Positions 45,605-60,500 of a stretch of DNA of 63,012 nt are shown in pieces. The stretch's first letter is position 1; each line of letters starts with the position of its first letter. The stretch spans positions 1-63,012 of the forward strand of contig JAAEPH010000258.1 of assembly GCA_024232855.1 (NCBI GenBank), given 5' to 3'. A program made the translations under genes and the position numbers. The notes beneath the pieces are model-generated. The model was not told where the DNA came from. It saw only the letters and a list, made by a program, of their open reading frames with translations, and made no database searches. This DNA is from Gammaproteobacteria bacterium. Its GTDB lineage: Bacteria; Pseudomonadota; Gammaproteobacteria; GCA-001735895.

Positions 45605-46908
45605 TGACAGGCTTCGTGTGCAGTCCCGGCACGCGCGTCAACGGGGACATTCGCGTGCCCGGCGATAAATCGATTTCGCATCGATCGATCATCCTGTCTT
45701 CGATCGCCAATGGCCGCAGCCACATCTCGGGCTTTCTGCAAGGTGAAGACAGCCTCAATACGATCACGGCATTTCGCCAGATGGGTGTCTCCATCGAACG
45801 AAACGGGGACCGTGTCCGTGTAGACGGCGTCGGCTTGAACGGTCTTGACGCACCCGCGGGCGACCTCGACATGGGCAACTCGGGCACCGCGATGCGATTG
45901 TTGCTGGGGCTGCTGGCCGGCCAGAACTTCGATTCGCGGCTGATCGGCGATGCTTCGCTTTCGTCGCGGCCGATGCAGCGGGTCATCGACCCGCTGCAGT
46001 CGATGGGCGCGCGCATCGAAAGTGAAGCCGGTGGCCGAGCGCCTTTGCAGGTTCGGTCGAGTGGGGGGCTGCGGGCGATTCACTATGACATGCCGGTCGC
46101 ATCGGCACAGGTCAAATCCTGCCTCATGCTGGCCGGTCTTTACGCCGATGGCGAAACCGTCGTTCGCGAACCGGCACCGACGCGGGATCACAGCGAGCGC
46201 ATGTTGAAAGCCTTTGGCTGCGAGGTCGGAAGCACCGATTCTGTAATCCGCATTCGCGGCGGCCAGGCGTTAACCGCCTGCGACGTCGAAGTGCCGGCGG
46301 ACGTTTCTTCCGCGGCGTTTTTCATGGTTGCAGCGGCGATTGCGCCGGGTAGCGACATCACCCTGCGACATGTTGGAATCAACCCGACTCGGACCGGCGT
46401 CATTGATATCCTGCGTTTGATGGGTGGTGAGATCGAGTTGCTCAGCCGGCGTGAAATCGGGGGAGAACCGGTAGCGGATATTCGCGTACGCAGTGCGCAA
46501 TTAACCGGCATCGATATCCCGCTGGAACTGGTGCCTCTGGCCATCGACGAGTTCCCGGTATTGTTTGTCGCCGCCGCCTGCGCCCGCGGCATAACCCGCC
46601 TGAGCGGCGCCGGGGAACTGCGCGTCAAGGAGAGCGACCGCATCCAGGTCATGGCCGATGGCCTCGCCGAGCTCGGAATCGAAACGCAGGTAAAGGATGA
46701 CGGCATCGTCGTCGAGGGTGGGCCAATCGGCGCTGGCAGGGTGGATGCACACGGGGATCATCGCATTGCGATGGCCTTCAGCGTCGCCTCGTTGCGCGCC
46801 GCGGGGGACATACGCATAGAGGATTGCGACAACGTCAAAACCTCGTTTCCGGAATTTGTCGAGCTGGCCCGAGCGGCAGGCTTACGGATCGATATCGATG
46901 ATGAGTAG
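45604..46908 (+). CDS. aroA: 3-phosphoshikimate 1-carboxyvinyltransferase (EPSP synthase)
   Basis: VPGDKSISHRSIIL, LDMGNSGTAMRLL, ELRVKESDR, GDHRIAMAF. Confidence 0.96.
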   Translation: MTGFVCSPGTRVNGDIRVPGDKSISHRSIILSSIANGRSHISGFLQGEDSLNTITAFRQMGVSIERNGDRVRVDGVGLNGLDAPAGDLDMGNSGTAMRLLLGLLAGQNFDSRLIGDASLSSRPMQRVIDPLQSMGARIESEAGGRAPLQVRSSGGLRAIHYDMPVASAQVKSCLMLAGLYADGETVVREPAPTRDHSERMLKAFGCEVGSTDSVIRIRGGQALTACDVEVPADVSSAAFFMVAAAIAPGSDITLRHVGINPTRTGVIDILRLMGGEIELLSRREIGGEPVADIRVRSAQLTGIDIPLELVPLAIDEFPVLFVAAACARGITRLSGAGELRVKESDRIQVMADGLAELGIETQVKDDGIVVEGGPIGAGRVDAHGDHRIAMAFSVASLRAAGDIRIEDCDNVKTSFPEFVELARAAGLRIDIDDE

Positions 46909-47575
46909 GGAACCTTTCGTCGTCGCCATCGATGGGCCAGGCGGGTCCGGAAAGGGCTCGCTCGCCTTCAGTATCGCCAGGGCGCTGGATTTTCACCTGC
47001 TCGACAGCGGCGCCATCTATCGGTTGCTCGCGCTCAAGGCGGAAAAACTGGGTGTCGATCTCGATGACGAAGACAAGCTGCTCGAATTGCTGCCGGATTT
47101 CGATATTCGCTTCGAAACGGGCGCGGAACTCGCGATTCCGTATCTCGACGGCGAGGACGTGGCACAGTCTGTGCGGCTCGAAAGCTCGGGTGATGCCGCC
47201 TCGCAGGTCGCTCGTCACGGTCGGGTGCGCAAGGGTCTGCTGGCCGTGCAAAGGGCTTTTTTCAAGCCCCCGGGGCTGGTTGCCGATGGCCGTGATATGG
47301 GTACCGTGGTATTCCCGCGGGCGCGTTTCAAGTTTTTTTTGCGCGCCAGCGTCGAAATTCGTGCGCAGAGGCGATATAAGCAGTTGATAAATATGGGGTT
47401 ATCGGCTAATATCGCCCACCTTCAAGCGGATATGGCCGAAAGAGACGAGCGCGATCAGAATCGCAACGCCTCGCCGCTGGTACCCGCTGAAGATGCATTA
47501 GTCGTGGATTCGAGCTTGCTGGACCTGGATCAGGTTACCGAACTGGTTCTCGGTCACATTAAAGAGAACGGATAA
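46898..47575 (+). CDS. cmk: Cytidylate kinase
   Basis: VVAIDGPGGSGKGS P-loop and DGRDMGTVVFP. The start is ATG 46898 or 46901, overlapping the end of aroA. Confidence 0.93.
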   Translation: MMSREPFVVAIDGPGGSGKGSLAFSIARALDFHLLDSGAIYRLLALKAEKLGVDLDDEDKLLELLPDFDIRFETGAELAIPYLDGEDVAQSVRLESSGDAASQVARHGRVRKGLLAVQRAFFKPPGLVADGRDMGTVVFPRARFKFFLRASVEIRAQRRYKQLINMGLSANIAHLQADMAERDERDQNRNASPLVPAEDALVVDSSLLDLDQVTELVLGHIKENG

Positions 47576-47590
47576 ACGACACGATAAGGC

Positions 47591-47621
47591 CCCTGTAGAT
47601 ACACTGTCTGCAGGGTTTTTT
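47591..47621 (+). terminator. Rho-independent terminator after cmk
   Basis: CCCTGTAGA-(TACACT)-GTCTGCAGGG gives a ~9-10-bp stem including G-U pairs. It is followed by a T6 run (47616-47621). Confidence 0.6.
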
Positions 47622-47681
47622 AACTAACCAGATGGTTAATTCATCTCGATTAACTATCATCATATCTTTTAGGATTATTCC

Positions 47682-49355
47682 ATGTCAGAAAACTTTGCGG
47701 AAATGTTTGAGCAAAGCATTAACCAAATGAATATGCGCGTTGGTGAAATCATCACCGGCGAAGTAGTCGATATCAACCGTGACGTCGTCATCGTCAACGC
47801 GGGCCTCAAGTCTGAAGGCGTCATCCCCGTTGAACAGTTTTATGATGAAAACGGCGAACTTGATGTCAATGTCGGCGACACTGTCGAAGTGGCGCTGGAT
47901 TCCTTCGAAGACGGCTATGGCGAATCTCGCCTGTCCCGCGAAAAAGCCAAGCGCGCCCGCGCCTGGACACGTCTCGAGGAAGCGCAGCAAGCCGACGAAA
48001 TCGTTACCGGCCGTTTCACCGGTAAGGTCAAGGGTGGATTTACCGTCGATATCGGCGAAATTCGCGCCTTCCTGCCCGGCTCGCTGGTCGATGTTCGTCC
48101 GGTACGCGACACCGCCTATCTCGAGGAAAAAGAACTCGAATTCAAAATCATCAAGCTGGATCAAAAACGTAACAACGTCGTGGTATCGCGCCGCGCCGTG
48201 GTTGAAAAGGAATTCAGCGAAGAACGCGAAAAACTGCTCGAAACCCTCAAGGAAGGCGAGCGCGTGCGCGGTATCGTCAAGAATCTCACCGATTACGGTG
48301 CATTCCTCGACCTCGGCGGTATCGATGGCCTGCTGCACATCACCGACATGGCGTGGAAGCGGGTCAAGCATCCGTCTGAAGTGGTCGAGATCGGGCAGGA
48401 AATCGACGTCGTCGTACTCAAGTTCGACCGCGAAAAGAACCGCGTTTCCCTGGGTCTGAAGCAAATGGGCGACGATCCATGGGAAAACCTCATGCGCCGC
48501 TATCCCGAGGGGCAACGCCTGTTCGGCCATGTCAGCAACATTACCGACTATGGCTGTTTCATCGAAATCGAGGACGGGGTCGAAGGCCTGGTTCACGTTT
48601 CCGAAATGGACTGGACCAACAAGAATGTCAATCCCAACAAGGTTGTCACCCTGGGCGATGAAGTCGAGGTCGTTATCCTCGAAATTGACGAAGAGCGCCG
48701 TCGCATCTCGCTGGGCATGAAGCAGTGCAGGCCGAATCCATGGGAAGAGTTCGGCACGACCAACAACAAGGGCGACATTATTGCCGGCAAGATCAAGTCG
48801 ATTACCGATTTCGGTATCTTTGTCGGTCTCGAAGGCAACATCGACGGATTGATTCATTTGACCGACCTGTCCTGGAACAAGCTCGGCGAAGAAGCCGTAC
48901 ACGACTACCAGAAGGGACAGGAAGTCGAAGCCATGGTATTGTCGATCGATCCGGAACGTGAACGTATTTCACTCGGTATCAAACAGATCGAAAAAGATCC
49001 GTTTGCAAGCTTTATCGCGGGCAAGCCGAAAGGTAGTATAGTCACTGGTACCGTGATTTCGGTTGACGCCAAGGCCGCGGTCATTGATCTCGGTGATGGT
49101 ATTGAAGGTCTCTTGCGTGCCTCCGAGATGGCGACTGACCGGGTTGAAGATGCGCGTCAATTTACTAGTGAAGGTGAGCAAATAGAAGCTAAAATCAGCG
49201 GTATGGATCGCAAGGGTCGCAGTATCTACCTTTCGATCAAGGCCAAGGATAGCGACGAAGAGCAAGAGGCGCTCAAGGATTACGCTGCAACCAGTGATGC
49301 CAGGGCGGCCACCACCAGTTTTGGTGATTTGCTCAAGGAAAAAATGGATTCCTGA
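47682..49355 (+). CDS. rpsA: 30S ribosomal protein S1
   Basis: 557 aa with six S1 repeats. [12 protein letters not shown]... is closely similar to enterobacterial S1. Confidence 0.98.
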   Translation: MSENFAEMFEQSINQMNMRVGEIITGEVVDINRDVVIVNAGLKSEGVIPVEQFYDENGELDVNVGDTVEVALDSFEDGYGESRLSREKAKRARAWTRLEEAQQADEIVTGRFTGKVKGGFTVDIGEIRAFLPGSLVDVRPVRDTAYLEEKELEFKIIKLDQKRNNVVVSRRAVVEKEFSEEREKLLETLKEGERVRGIVKNLTDYGAFLDLGGIDGLLHITDMAWKRVKHPSEVVEIGQEIDVVVLKFDREKNRVSLGLKQMGDDPWENLMRRYPEGQRLFGHVSNITDYGCFIEIEDGVEGLVHVSEMDWTNKNVNPNKVVTLGDEVEVVILEIDEERRRISLGMKQCRPNPWEEFGTTNNKGDIIAGKIKSITDFGIFVGLEGNIDGLIHLTDLSWNKLGEEAVHDYQKGQEVEAMVLSIDPERERISLGIKQIEKDPFASFIAGKPKGSIVTGTVISVDAKAAVIDLGDGIEGLLRASEMATDRVEDARQFTSEGEQIEAKISGMDRKGRSIYLSIKAKDSDEEQEALKDYAATSDARAATTSFGDLLKEKMDS

Positions 49356-49364
49356 TCCACAATC

Positions 49365-49390
49365 GGGTGACGGGGTAAAACCCGTCACCC
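49365..49390 (+). other. Perfect 10-bp GC-rich hairpin after rpsA (no T-run)
   Basis: GGGTGACGGG-GTAAAA-CCCGTCACCC, between rpsA and ihfB. It is probably an attenuator or processing hairpin rather than a full terminator. Confidence 0.6.
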
Positions 49391-49439
49391 AATCAGATTA
49401 TCGGACCTTGATATGAAAGATACAGAATTTGTACCCTCG

Positions 49440-49724
49440 ATGACCAAGTCAGACCTGATCGACAACCTGTCGAGAAACCAGGGGCATCTGGCATACAAGG
49501 ATGTCGAGTTGGCGGTAAAAAGCCTGATCGAAATGATGAGTAGCGCACTGTCCAATGGCGAGCGCATCGAAATCAGGGGCTTCGGCAGTTTTAGCCTGCA
49601 TTACCGTCCACCGAGGACCGGACGTAATCCCAAGTCCGGCGACAAGGTCGATCTGCCGGGTAAGTACGTGCCGCATTTCAAGCCAGGCAAGGAATTACGA
49701 GACAGGGCCAATAATCAGAAATAG
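49440..49724 (+). CDS. ihfB: Integration host factor beta subunit
   Basis: [11 protein letters not shown]....L....VE.AVK.LIE.M...[33 protein letters not shown] prefer the ATG at 49440 over 49413. Confidence 0.95.
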   Translation: MTKSDLIDNLSRNQGHLAYKDVELAVKSLIEMMSSALSNGERIEIRGFGSFSLHYRPPRTGRNPKSGDKVDLPGKYVPHFKPGKELRDRANNQK

Positions 49725-49759
49725 GCCGCCTGCGTCGGGGCTGGGCCGGTCACCGAATC

Positions 49760-50914
49760 ATGGACATCTGGTTATTTTTTCTGGTTTTCGCAGCCGTTTT
49801 ATGCGGCTGGTTGCTGGGTCGCTGGCAGCCTTTTAAAAAAAATAGCGGCAAACAGCTTCCCGACCAGTTCACCGAACGCTACGCCAAGGGATTGAATTAT
49901 CTCCTTGCCGACGACTCCGATAACGCCATCAAGGTCTTTACCGACCTCATCGAAGTCAACAAGGAGACCATCGAAATCCACATCGCGCTGGGCAACCTTT
50001 TCCGCTCCAAGGGCGAGGTCGATCGCGCCATCAAGGTTCACCAGAACCTGCTGGCGCGCCCGAACCTGACGCGCACACAGCGTCATATGGCGATCGCCGA
50101 ACTGGCCAGCGATTACCTCAAGGCCGGGCTGCTGGACCGCGCCGAAAAACTCTACCGCGAAATGATCGAACTCAATGCCGATCCGCAAAAGGCCTATCGG
50201 CATTTGCTGGATTTGTACATTACCGAAAAATCCTGGGAGGACGCGGTCGAGTGCGCCCAGGCGTTGTATAAAATGGGCCAAACCGAAGCGGGTATCGTCT
50301 ACAGCCAGTGCCTGTGTGAAATCGCCGCCGAAGCGATCGCCAGCGGCAATCACCGCCTCGCGCGTAAGCGTCTTGACCAGGCACTGGAAGTTGATGCCGA
50401 TTCGGTGCGCGCTTCGCTGCTGTTGATACAATTGCACCTTAAAACCGAAAAATCGTCGGCCGCGAAACGAATATTTTCGCGTCTGGTGCGCCAGAGACCG
50501 GATTACCTGGGGCTCTTCATAGAGCCGGCACGACAGGTTTTCTTGCATGACAAAGACCGGGTTTACCAGGATTTCCTGCAGGAGCAGTACCGGCAACATC
50601 CCTCGACCCGACTCGCGATCGCGCTGCTGGAGCACTATGCGCGCTATGACCAGATCGAAAAAGCGCGCGAGTTCCTGTCGGATATCCTGCACCAGTCACC
50701 GTCCTTTGAAGCTTTCGAGTTCGCGTTGCGCTTTCTCAAGTCAAACCCCGAGCAACTCGGCGAAACCTGGGAAACCCTGTCGGTTTTTCTGAAGACGCTG
50801 CAGGATAAGAAAATCGAATACGTGTGCTCACGCTGTGGCTACGAAAGTCATGCAATACAATGGCTGTGTCCGAGTTGCCGTAACTGGGCCTCGATGAAAT
50901 CGGTGAGACCATGA
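49760..50914 (+). CDS. lapB: Lipopolysaccharide assembly protein LapB (YciM)
   Basis: N-terminal TM helix, TPR repeats and a C-terminal rubredoxin-like [21 protein letters not shown]. Confidence 0.92.
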   Translation: MDIWLFFLVFAAVLCGWLLGRWQPFKKNSGKQLPDQFTERYAKGLNYLLADDSDNAIKVFTDLIEVNKETIEIHIALGNLFRSKGEVDRAIKVHQNLLARPNLTRTQRHMAIAELASDYLKAGLLDRAEKLYREMIELNADPQKAYRHLLDLYITEKSWEDAVECAQALYKMGQTEAGIVYSQCLCEIAAEAIASGNHRLARKRLDQALEVDADSVRASLLLIQLHLKTEKSSAAKRIFSRLVRQRPDYLGLFIEPARQVFLHDKDRVYQDFLQEQYRQHPSTRLAIALLEHYARYDQIEKAREFLSDILHQSPSFEAFEFALRFLKSNPEQLGETWETLSVFLKTLQDKKIEYVCSRCGYESHAIQWLCPSCRNWASMKSVRP

Positions 50915-51609
50915 ACGACCCCAGGATAATCGTTGCACTCGATTTTGCGGGAAAAAAGCAGGCGCTTGAGTTTGCGCGCAAGACGACCCCCGCGCAATGC
51001 CGACTGAAGGTGGGCAAGGAGCTGTTCACCAGCTGCGGTCCCGCCCTGGTCGAGGAGCTGGTCGCCGCCGGCTACGACGTGTTTCTCGATCTCAAGTTTC
51101 ACGATATCCCCAACACGGTGCAAAAAGCGGCAAGCGCCGCCGCGAGGCTCGGCGTGTGGATGCTGAACGTGCATGCGCTGGGCGGGTCTGCGATGATGCG
51201 GGCTGCACGCGACGGGGTCGAAATCGTGGCGCGGCGCCCCTTTTTAATCGCGGTAACGGTGTTGACCAGCATGTCGGAGCAGGATCTGCGGGATTCCGGT
51301 ATCGATAAACCCTTACCGCAACTGGTGCGGCAGCTGGCTCGCAACACGCTCGACAGCGGTCTCGATGGCGTGGTCTGCTCCGCCCGCGAAGCCGCCGGGT
51401 TACGCGCTGATATCGGAGATGCCGCGCTGCTGGTGACACCCGGCATACGCCCCGAGTGGGCCAGGGCGGACGATCAGCAGCGCATCGTAACGCCCCGGCA
51501 GGCTCTGGCCGCGGGTGCAAGCTACCTGGTCATCGGCAGGCCCATCACAGGGCATGCGGATCCCGCGTATGCGCTGGAGCTGATATCCGAGTCAATCGCA
51601 CAGCGTTGA
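50911..51609 (+). CDS. pyrF: Orotidine 5'-phosphate decarboxylase
   Basis: [14 protein letters not shown] and [12 protein letters not shown] motifs. ATGA overlap with lapB. Confidence 0.95.
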   Translation: MNDPRIIVALDFAGKKQALEFARKTTPAQCRLKVGKELFTSCGPALVEELVAAGYDVFLDLKFHDIPNTVQKAASAAARLGVWMLNVHALGGSAMMRAARDGVEIVARRPFLIAVTVLTSMSEQDLRDSGIDKPLPQLVRQLARNTLDSGLDGVVCSAREAAGLRADIGDAALLVTPGIRPEWARADDQQRIVTPRQALAAGASYLVIGRPITGHADPAYALELISESIAQR

Positions 51610-51680
51610 AGCTGCGTGGATGACAGCCATATCCCGAATCGTTAAACTAGCGCTAGATACCCTGAACCTGGCCTTTGCAG

Positions 51681-52640
51681 ATGGACCCCAACTTTTTAGA
51701 TTTCGAACAACCGATTGCTGAATTGCAGGCCAAGATTTCGGAACTGCGCTACGTTACCGACGACTCGGATATCAACATCAGCCGCGAGATCAAGACACTC
51801 GAGCGCAAGGCGGATTCGCTGACAAATTCGATCTTCGGCAAGTTGACAGCCTGGCAGATCTCGCAGTTATCGCGCCATCCCAACCGGCCTTATTCACTCG
51901 ATTATATAGAGCGCATGTTCAGCGATTTCGAATTCCTGCACGGGGATCGCGCTTACGCCGACGACCATCCGGTGGTTGGCGGCGTGGGTCGTCTCGACGG
52001 TAAGCCGGTCGTGGTCATCGGCCAGCAAAAAGGGCGCGATACCCGGGAAAAGATCAAGCGTAATTTCGGCATGCCGCGACCCGAAGGTTACCGCAAGGCC
52101 CTGCGCCTGATGGGATTGGCGGAAAAATTCAAAATGCCGCTGTTGACGCTGGTCGATACACCCGGAGCTTACCCCGGCATCGGCGCCGAGGAAAGAGGGC
52201 AGAGCGAAGCCATTGCCCGCAACCTGTTCCGGCTTGCCGAGCTGAAGACTCCGGTCATCTGTACCGTCATCGGCGAGGGCGGTTCCGGCGGTGCGCTCGC
52301 GATCTGTGTCGGCGACCGCATCAACATGTTGCAGTATTCGACCTACTCGGTGATTTCTCCTGAGGGCTGCGCATCCATACTGTGGAAAAGCGCCGACAAG
52401 GCCTCGCAGGCCGCGGAAGCGATGGGCATTACCGCGCAGCGCCTGTCCGAGCTTGAACTGATCGATAATGTCATTCCGGAACCGCTCGGCGGCGCTCACC
52501 GCAACTACGACCAGATCGCCAGCTCGTTGAAACAGAAGCTGATGGAAACGCTGGACACGCTCGAAAGCGTCAGTATCGACAAGCTGCTGGAGCAGCGTTA
52601 TCAGAAGTTAATGGCTTTTGGCGAGTACCGCGAAACCTGA
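51681..52640 (+). CDS. accA: Acetyl-CoA carboxylase carboxyltransferase alpha subunit
   Basis: [19 protein letters not shown]... and [24 protein letters not shown]. Confidence 0.96.
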   Translation: MDPNFLDFEQPIAELQAKISELRYVTDDSDINISREIKTLERKADSLTNSIFGKLTAWQISQLSRHPNRPYSLDYIERMFSDFEFLHGDRAYADDHPVVGGVGRLDGKPVVVIGQQKGRDTREKIKRNFGMPRPEGYRKALRLMGLAEKFKMPLLTLVDTPGAYPGIGAEERGQSEAIARNLFRLAELKTPVICTVIGEGGSGGALAICVGDRINMLQYSTYSVISPEGCASILWKSADKASQAAEAMGITAQRLSELELIDNVIPEPLGGAHRNYDQIASSLKQKLMETLDTLESVSIDKLLEQRYQKLMAFGEYRET

Positions 52641-52670
52641 TCGCCTTCAGTCCGGCCCGCGCTCACTCAC

Positions 52671-53888
52671 ATGCAATCCTGCCTGGCGTTAATACCCGAC
52701 GATACCGAGCGGGTTTACCTGGCGTATAGCGGCGGCCTGGACTCGAGTGTCCTGTTACACCTGCTGCTTTCCCTCGACAATAGTTTCACGCTGATTCCGT
52801 GGCACGTAAACCATGGCCTGCTCGAAGCGGCGGCGCGCATGGAGCAATTCTGCATCGACCAGGCACGGCATTATGGTTTGCAGATTCGCGTCGACCACCT
52901 CGGGCTAAGCGACGTAGGAAGTAACATCGAAGCCGAGGCGAGACGTCAGCGCTACCGGCTTTTCGCAGCCTCGAGCGGGCCTGGTGATTGTATTCTGACC
53001 GCCCATCACGCCGACGATCAGGCCGAGACTTTTCTGCTGAATGCCCTGCGCGGGTCGGGAAGCGCGGGCCTGCGCGGCATCGCCCGGCAACGCGGTCTGG
53101 GTGAAGCCCTGCTGTTACGTCCGTTACTGGATTTTAGCCGCCGGCAGCTGGAATCTTACGCCGCCGAGCACGCTCTTGCCTGGTTTGATGACCCCAGTAA
53201 CGAGGATAGCCGCTTCGACCGTAACTACCTGCGTAACGAAGTAATCCCGTCGCTGCGCTTACGCTGGCCACATTTCCATGAAGCCCTGTCCACGGCAGGC
53301 CAGTTGCAGGCGGAAACCCAGCAGGTGCTCGATGAAATCGCCCGGCTTGACTTCGAGGCGCTGGCGCAACCCCGCTTGAACAGCGACCCGGTGCTGGACC
53401 TTGCTGGTATGCTGCAACTTTCTTCCGGACGCTGTAAAAACCTGCTGCGCTACTGGGTCGCGCAGGCGGGGCTTGCGGCTATTCCTAACGCGCGCCTGCG
53501 TGAATTGACGAAGCAGTTGCACGCCAAACCCGGCGCGGTGCCTGAAATCGCGATGTCGGGGTACTCGATACGACTTTACGACCTGCGCCTGTTCCTGGTG
53601 CGCGATGACGCGCTGCGACGCTATAGCGGGGAATTTGAGTTCGGTTTACAGCCGCGGATCGAAATCGAGGACTTCGGACTGCACTGGCAACGTGACGAGA
53701 TTTTCAAACGGTTGCAGGCCGAAGATCACAACCAGCAACTCACGCTTAAATTTCGTGACGACGGCAAGCAAAACAGCGATCGTCGCCGTCTCAAGCGCCT
53801 CTTCCAGCAGCAGCGCGTACCCCCGTGGGAGCGTGCCGCGGTGGCCCAGGTTTACCTCGACGGCAAACTTTGCGGGTTGCTGTCATGA
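52671..53888 (+). CDS. tilS: tRNA(Ile)-lysidine synthase
   Basis: PP-loop LAYSGGLDSSVLLHLL and TAHHADDQAET. Confidence 0.92.
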   Translation: MQSCLALIPDDTERVYLAYSGGLDSSVLLHLLLSLDNSFTLIPWHVNHGLLEAAARMEQFCIDQARHYGLQIRVDHLGLSDVGSNIEAEARRQRYRLFAASSGPGDCILTAHHADDQAETFLLNALRGSGSAGLRGIARQRGLGEALLLRPLLDFSRRQLESYAAEHALAWFDDPSNEDSRFDRNYLRNEVIPSLRLRWPHFHEALSTAGQLQAETQQVLDEIARLDFEALAQPRLNSDPVLDLAGMLQLSSGRCKNLLRYWVAQAGLAAIPNARLRELTKQLHAKPGAVPEIAMSGYSIRLYDLRLFLVRDDALRRYSGEFEFGLQPRIEIEDFGLHWQRDEIFKRLQAEDHNQQLTLKFRDDGKQNSDRRRLKRLFQQQRVPPWERAAVAQVYLDGKLCGLLS

Positions 53889-54616
53889 GTCGCGAAGACG
53901 ACAGGGACCGGGTATTTTCCAGGCCCCTGAGCGAGGTGCGGGCTTTCGAGTTCAATGAAACCGTTGCCGCGGTTTTCCGGGACATGATATCGCGCTCGGT
54001 TCCCGGATACTCGCTGTTACTGCGAATGATCGGGCTGTATGCCGGCATCTTCGTACAGCCGGGCAGTCGGGTTTTCGACCTTGGTTGCTCGTTGGGGGAG
54101 GCCAGTCTGGTCATTGCCGACCAGGTCGAGGCGGGCGCCTGTAAAATTATTGCGGTCGACAACTCGGAGGCGATGATCGAGAAGTGCAGGCAACACCCGG
54201 TAAGTCCGAACAGCATCGAGTGGCGCTGTGAGGACATCCGCCAGACCCGGATCGGCAACGCCTCCATGGTGGTGCTAAACCTGACCCTGCAATTCCTGCC
54301 ACCCGACGAGCGACTGCCATTGCTGCGCAACATATTCGAAGGCATCAACCCCGGAGGCATACTGGTATTGTCGGAAAAAGTCGAGTTTGCCGACGCCACC
54401 GAGAGCGGGCGCATGCAGCAGTTGTACGCCGGTTTCAAGAAAACCATGGGCTACAGCGACATGGAAATCAGTCAAAAGCGCAATGCGCTGGAAAACGTCC
54501 TTGTTCCCGATACCGAGCAGCAACATCTGCAGCGCCTGCAAACGCTCGGTTTCGGTGAAATTTACCAGTGCTTCAGGGGCTTTAATTTCGTTTCTTACCT
54601 GGCGATCAAGGTGTGA
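53885..54616 (+). CDS. cmoA: Carboxy-S-adenosyl-L-methionine synthase
   Basis: DRVFSRP......F.FNE.VAAVFRDMISRSVPGY and DLGCSLGE. ATGA overlap with the tilS stop. Confidence 0.92.
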   Translation: MSREDDRDRVFSRPLSEVRAFEFNETVAAVFRDMISRSVPGYSLLLRMIGLYAGIFVQPGSRVFDLGCSLGEASLVIADQVEAGACKIIAVDNSEAMIEKCRQHPVSPNSIEWRCEDIRQTRIGNASMVVLNLTLQFLPPDERLPLLRNIFEGINPGGILVLSEKVEFADATESGRMQQLYAGFKKTMGYSDMEISQKRNALENVLVPDTEQQHLQRLQTLGFGEIYQCFRGFNFVSYLAIKV

Positions 54617-55566
54617 CGCACGCCGCCCTGTTCAGCTACCTGCGCAGTCATGGTCTCAATCAGTGGGCGCGGCAACTCGAATCCGCGAGCACGCGCTGGC
54701 TCACCGGACACGGCGATTACGCGCGCTGGTCGGCGGCGCTCGAAGCCTTACCTGCCCTCGAAAACATACGGGCGAGCTTCGATAGCGCGGCGATTACGCT
54801 CGATGCGCATTGCGCCGATAGTGATGCGCTGCGCCAGGCTTTGCGCGGTCTGATGCCGTGGCGAAAGGGACCGTATCGTTTCGCCGATGTTTTTATCGAT
54901 TGCGAATGGCGCTCTGATTTCAAATGGGAACGGGTCGCTCCCCACCTCGCCGCGTTAAACGGTCGGCGCATACTCGATATCGGCTGTGGAAACGGCTATC
55001 ACTGCTGGCGCGCGTTGGCGCAGTCACCCGGGTTTGTACTCGGTATCGAGCCCTCGGTGCTGTTCAACCTCCAGTTTCAGGCGGTGCAGGGCTACCTGCA
55101 ACGAAGCGATATCGACATGCTGCCGATCGGCATCGAAGATATCCCCGCCGATCTGGACTGGTTCGATACCGTGTTCTCGATGGGCGTCCTGTACCACCGT
55201 CGCAGCCCGCTCGACCATCTCTATCAATTGAAGGGATTTCTCAGGAGTGGCGGAGAACTATGCCTGGAAACCCTGGTTGTCGAAGGCGGTCCCGGGCAGG
55301 TGCTGTTACCCAGGGATCGCTATGCGCGCATGCGTAACGTCTGGTTTATTCCCTCATCGGCCGAGCTTCTGCTGTGGCTGGAACGTTGTGGCTTCGTCAA
55401 TGTCAGGGTTGTCGACGAAAGCGATACCCGCCTCGACGAGCAGCGCAGTACCGGCTGGATGCAGTTCGAGTCCCTGCGGCAATCCCTCGACAGCGACAAT
55501 CCCGGGTTGACCGTCGAAGGTCTGCCGGCGCCGCGACGCGCGGTCGTAATTGCAAATAAACCCTGA
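54613..55566 (+). CDS. cmoB: tRNA U34 carboxymethyltransferase
   Basis: LMPWRKGPY......IDCEWRSDFKW and ILDIGCGNGYH. The GTG start overlaps the cmoA stop. Confidence 0.92.
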   Translation: MTHAALFSYLRSHGLNQWARQLESASTRWLTGHGDYARWSAALEALPALENIRASFDSAAITLDAHCADSDALRQALRGLMPWRKGPYRFADVFIDCEWRSDFKWERVAPHLAALNGRRILDIGCGNGYHCWRALAQSPGFVLGIEPSVLFNLQFQAVQGYLQRSDIDMLPIGIEDIPADLDWFDTVFSMGVLYHRRSPLDHLYQLKGFLRSGGELCLETLVVEGGPGQVLLPRDRYARMRNVWFIPSSAELLLWLERCGFVNVRVVDESDTRLDEQRSTGWMQFESLRQSLDSDNPGLTVEGLPAPRRAVVIANKP

Positions 55567-55604
55567 TTCGCCGTTGGCGAAACCGCGTCGTTTTTTGTGG
55601 GTAA

Positions 55605-59479
<3,875 letters not shown>

Positions 59480-59497
59480 GCTTGCGTCCATGGACCG

Positions 59498-59791
59498 ATG
59501 AAGATACTGATTATTTTCCTGATCCTGTTACTCATCGGCCTGCAATACAAGCTGTGGTTCGGTGATGGCAGCCTTTCCGAGGTCGTCCAGCTGAGCCGTG
59601 AGCTCGAAATACAGAAGCAGAAGCTACAGGTGCTCGAGGAACGCAACAGAATTCTCGAAGCGCAGGTGCTCGACCTGCAAAACGGTCTCGACGCCTTCGA
59701 AGAAAAGGCGCGCAATGACCTTGGCATGATCAAGCAGGGTGAAACCTTTATCCAGCTGATCCCCGCGGAAGGGGGCTCGATTGGACAGTAA
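59498..59791 (+). CDS. ftsB: Cell division protein FtsB
   Basis: 97 aa: a TM helix followed by a coiled coil (LQYKLWFGDGS...LEERN..LEAQV.DL). It sits in the conserved eno-ftsB-ispD position. Confidence 0.9.
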   Translation: MKILIIFLILLLIGLQYKLWFGDGSLSEVVQLSRELEIQKQKLQVLEERNRILEAQVLDLQNGLDAFEEKARNDLGMIKQGETFIQLIPAEGGSIGQ

Positions 59792-60500
59792 GGCCGGGGT
59801 CTGGGCAATCATTCCGGCCGCCGGCAGTGGCAGCCGCATGGGCGGCAGCACCGCCAAGCAGTATCTTGCTTTCCAGGGTAAAACCGTTATCGAGCACTGC
59901 CTCGACCGCCTGTTGTCGCATGCCGACATCGATGGCGCCGTCGTTGTGCTGAGCGAAGATGACGACCATTGGGACAAACTCGCTTATGCCTCGAACAAGC
60001 CCATGTTTACCGCCATCGGCGGCAGTGAGCGACAGCATTCGGTTTACAACGGATTGACTACCCTGCAGCACCGCTGTGGAAATGACGTCATCGCGCTGGT
60101 GCATGACTCGGTGCGGCCGCTGGTGAGCCACGCCGACCTGGGCAATGTTATCGATGCCGCGCGCCATAACGAAGCCGGGGCGATACTCGCCACCGCGGTT
60201 GCCGATACCCTGAAACTGCAAAATGAACGGATGGAGATAGCGAGCACGATGTCGCGCGAACACCTGTGGCGGGCGCTGACACCGCAGGTATTTCACCTGG
60301 CGCCGCTGTTGAATGCGCTCAAGCGGGCGATCGACGACGCAGTCGCCATTACCGACGATGCCCAGGCGGTCGAAATGATCGGCTATGCGCCGACGCTGGT
60401 CAGCGGCAGCGCGGACAATTTCAAGATTACTTCACCCGGTGACCTGGAGCTGGCGGAGATGATCTGGTTACACCAGCGCGATCAGCACAATGATGAATAA
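59781..60500 (+). CDS. ispD: 2-C-methyl-D-erythritol 4-phosphate cytidylyltransferase
   Basis: WAIIPAAGSGSRMG, VLVHDSVRP-like (ALVHDSVRP) and TDDA motifs. The TTG start at 59781 is uncertain. Confidence 0.92.
   Translation: MDSKAGVWAIIPAAGSGSRMGGSTAKQYLAFQGKTVIEHCLDRLLSHADIDGAVVVLSEDDDHWDKLAYASNKPMFTAIGGSERQHSVYNGLTTLQHRCGNDVIALVHDSVRPLVSHADLGNVIDAARHNEAGAILATAVADTLKLQNERMEIASTMSREHLWRALTPQVFHLAPLLNALKRAIDDAVAITDDAQAVEMIGYAPTLVSGSADNFKITSPGDLELAEMIWLHQRDQHNDE

Noticed and set aside
47685-48902. A 405-aa ORF on the minus strand. The same applies to other long ORFs of this kind: 43686-44714 (-), 38328-39494 (+), 20221-21063 (-), 55785-56603 (-), 49799-50692 (-), 41770-42618 (-), 16617-17186 (+), 40121-40717 (-), 45490-46191 (-), 44657-45304 (-), 22259-22876 (-).
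   Set aside because: Each lies antisense to, or out of frame within, a gene with unmistakable family motifs (rpsA, hisC, mtaD, the TRAP genes, pyrG, lapB, gyrA, rpfG, tyrA/aroA). Their translations are low-complexity (rich in R, A, G, D, V), as is typical of shadow ORFs in GC-rich DNA. I recognised no domain in any of them.
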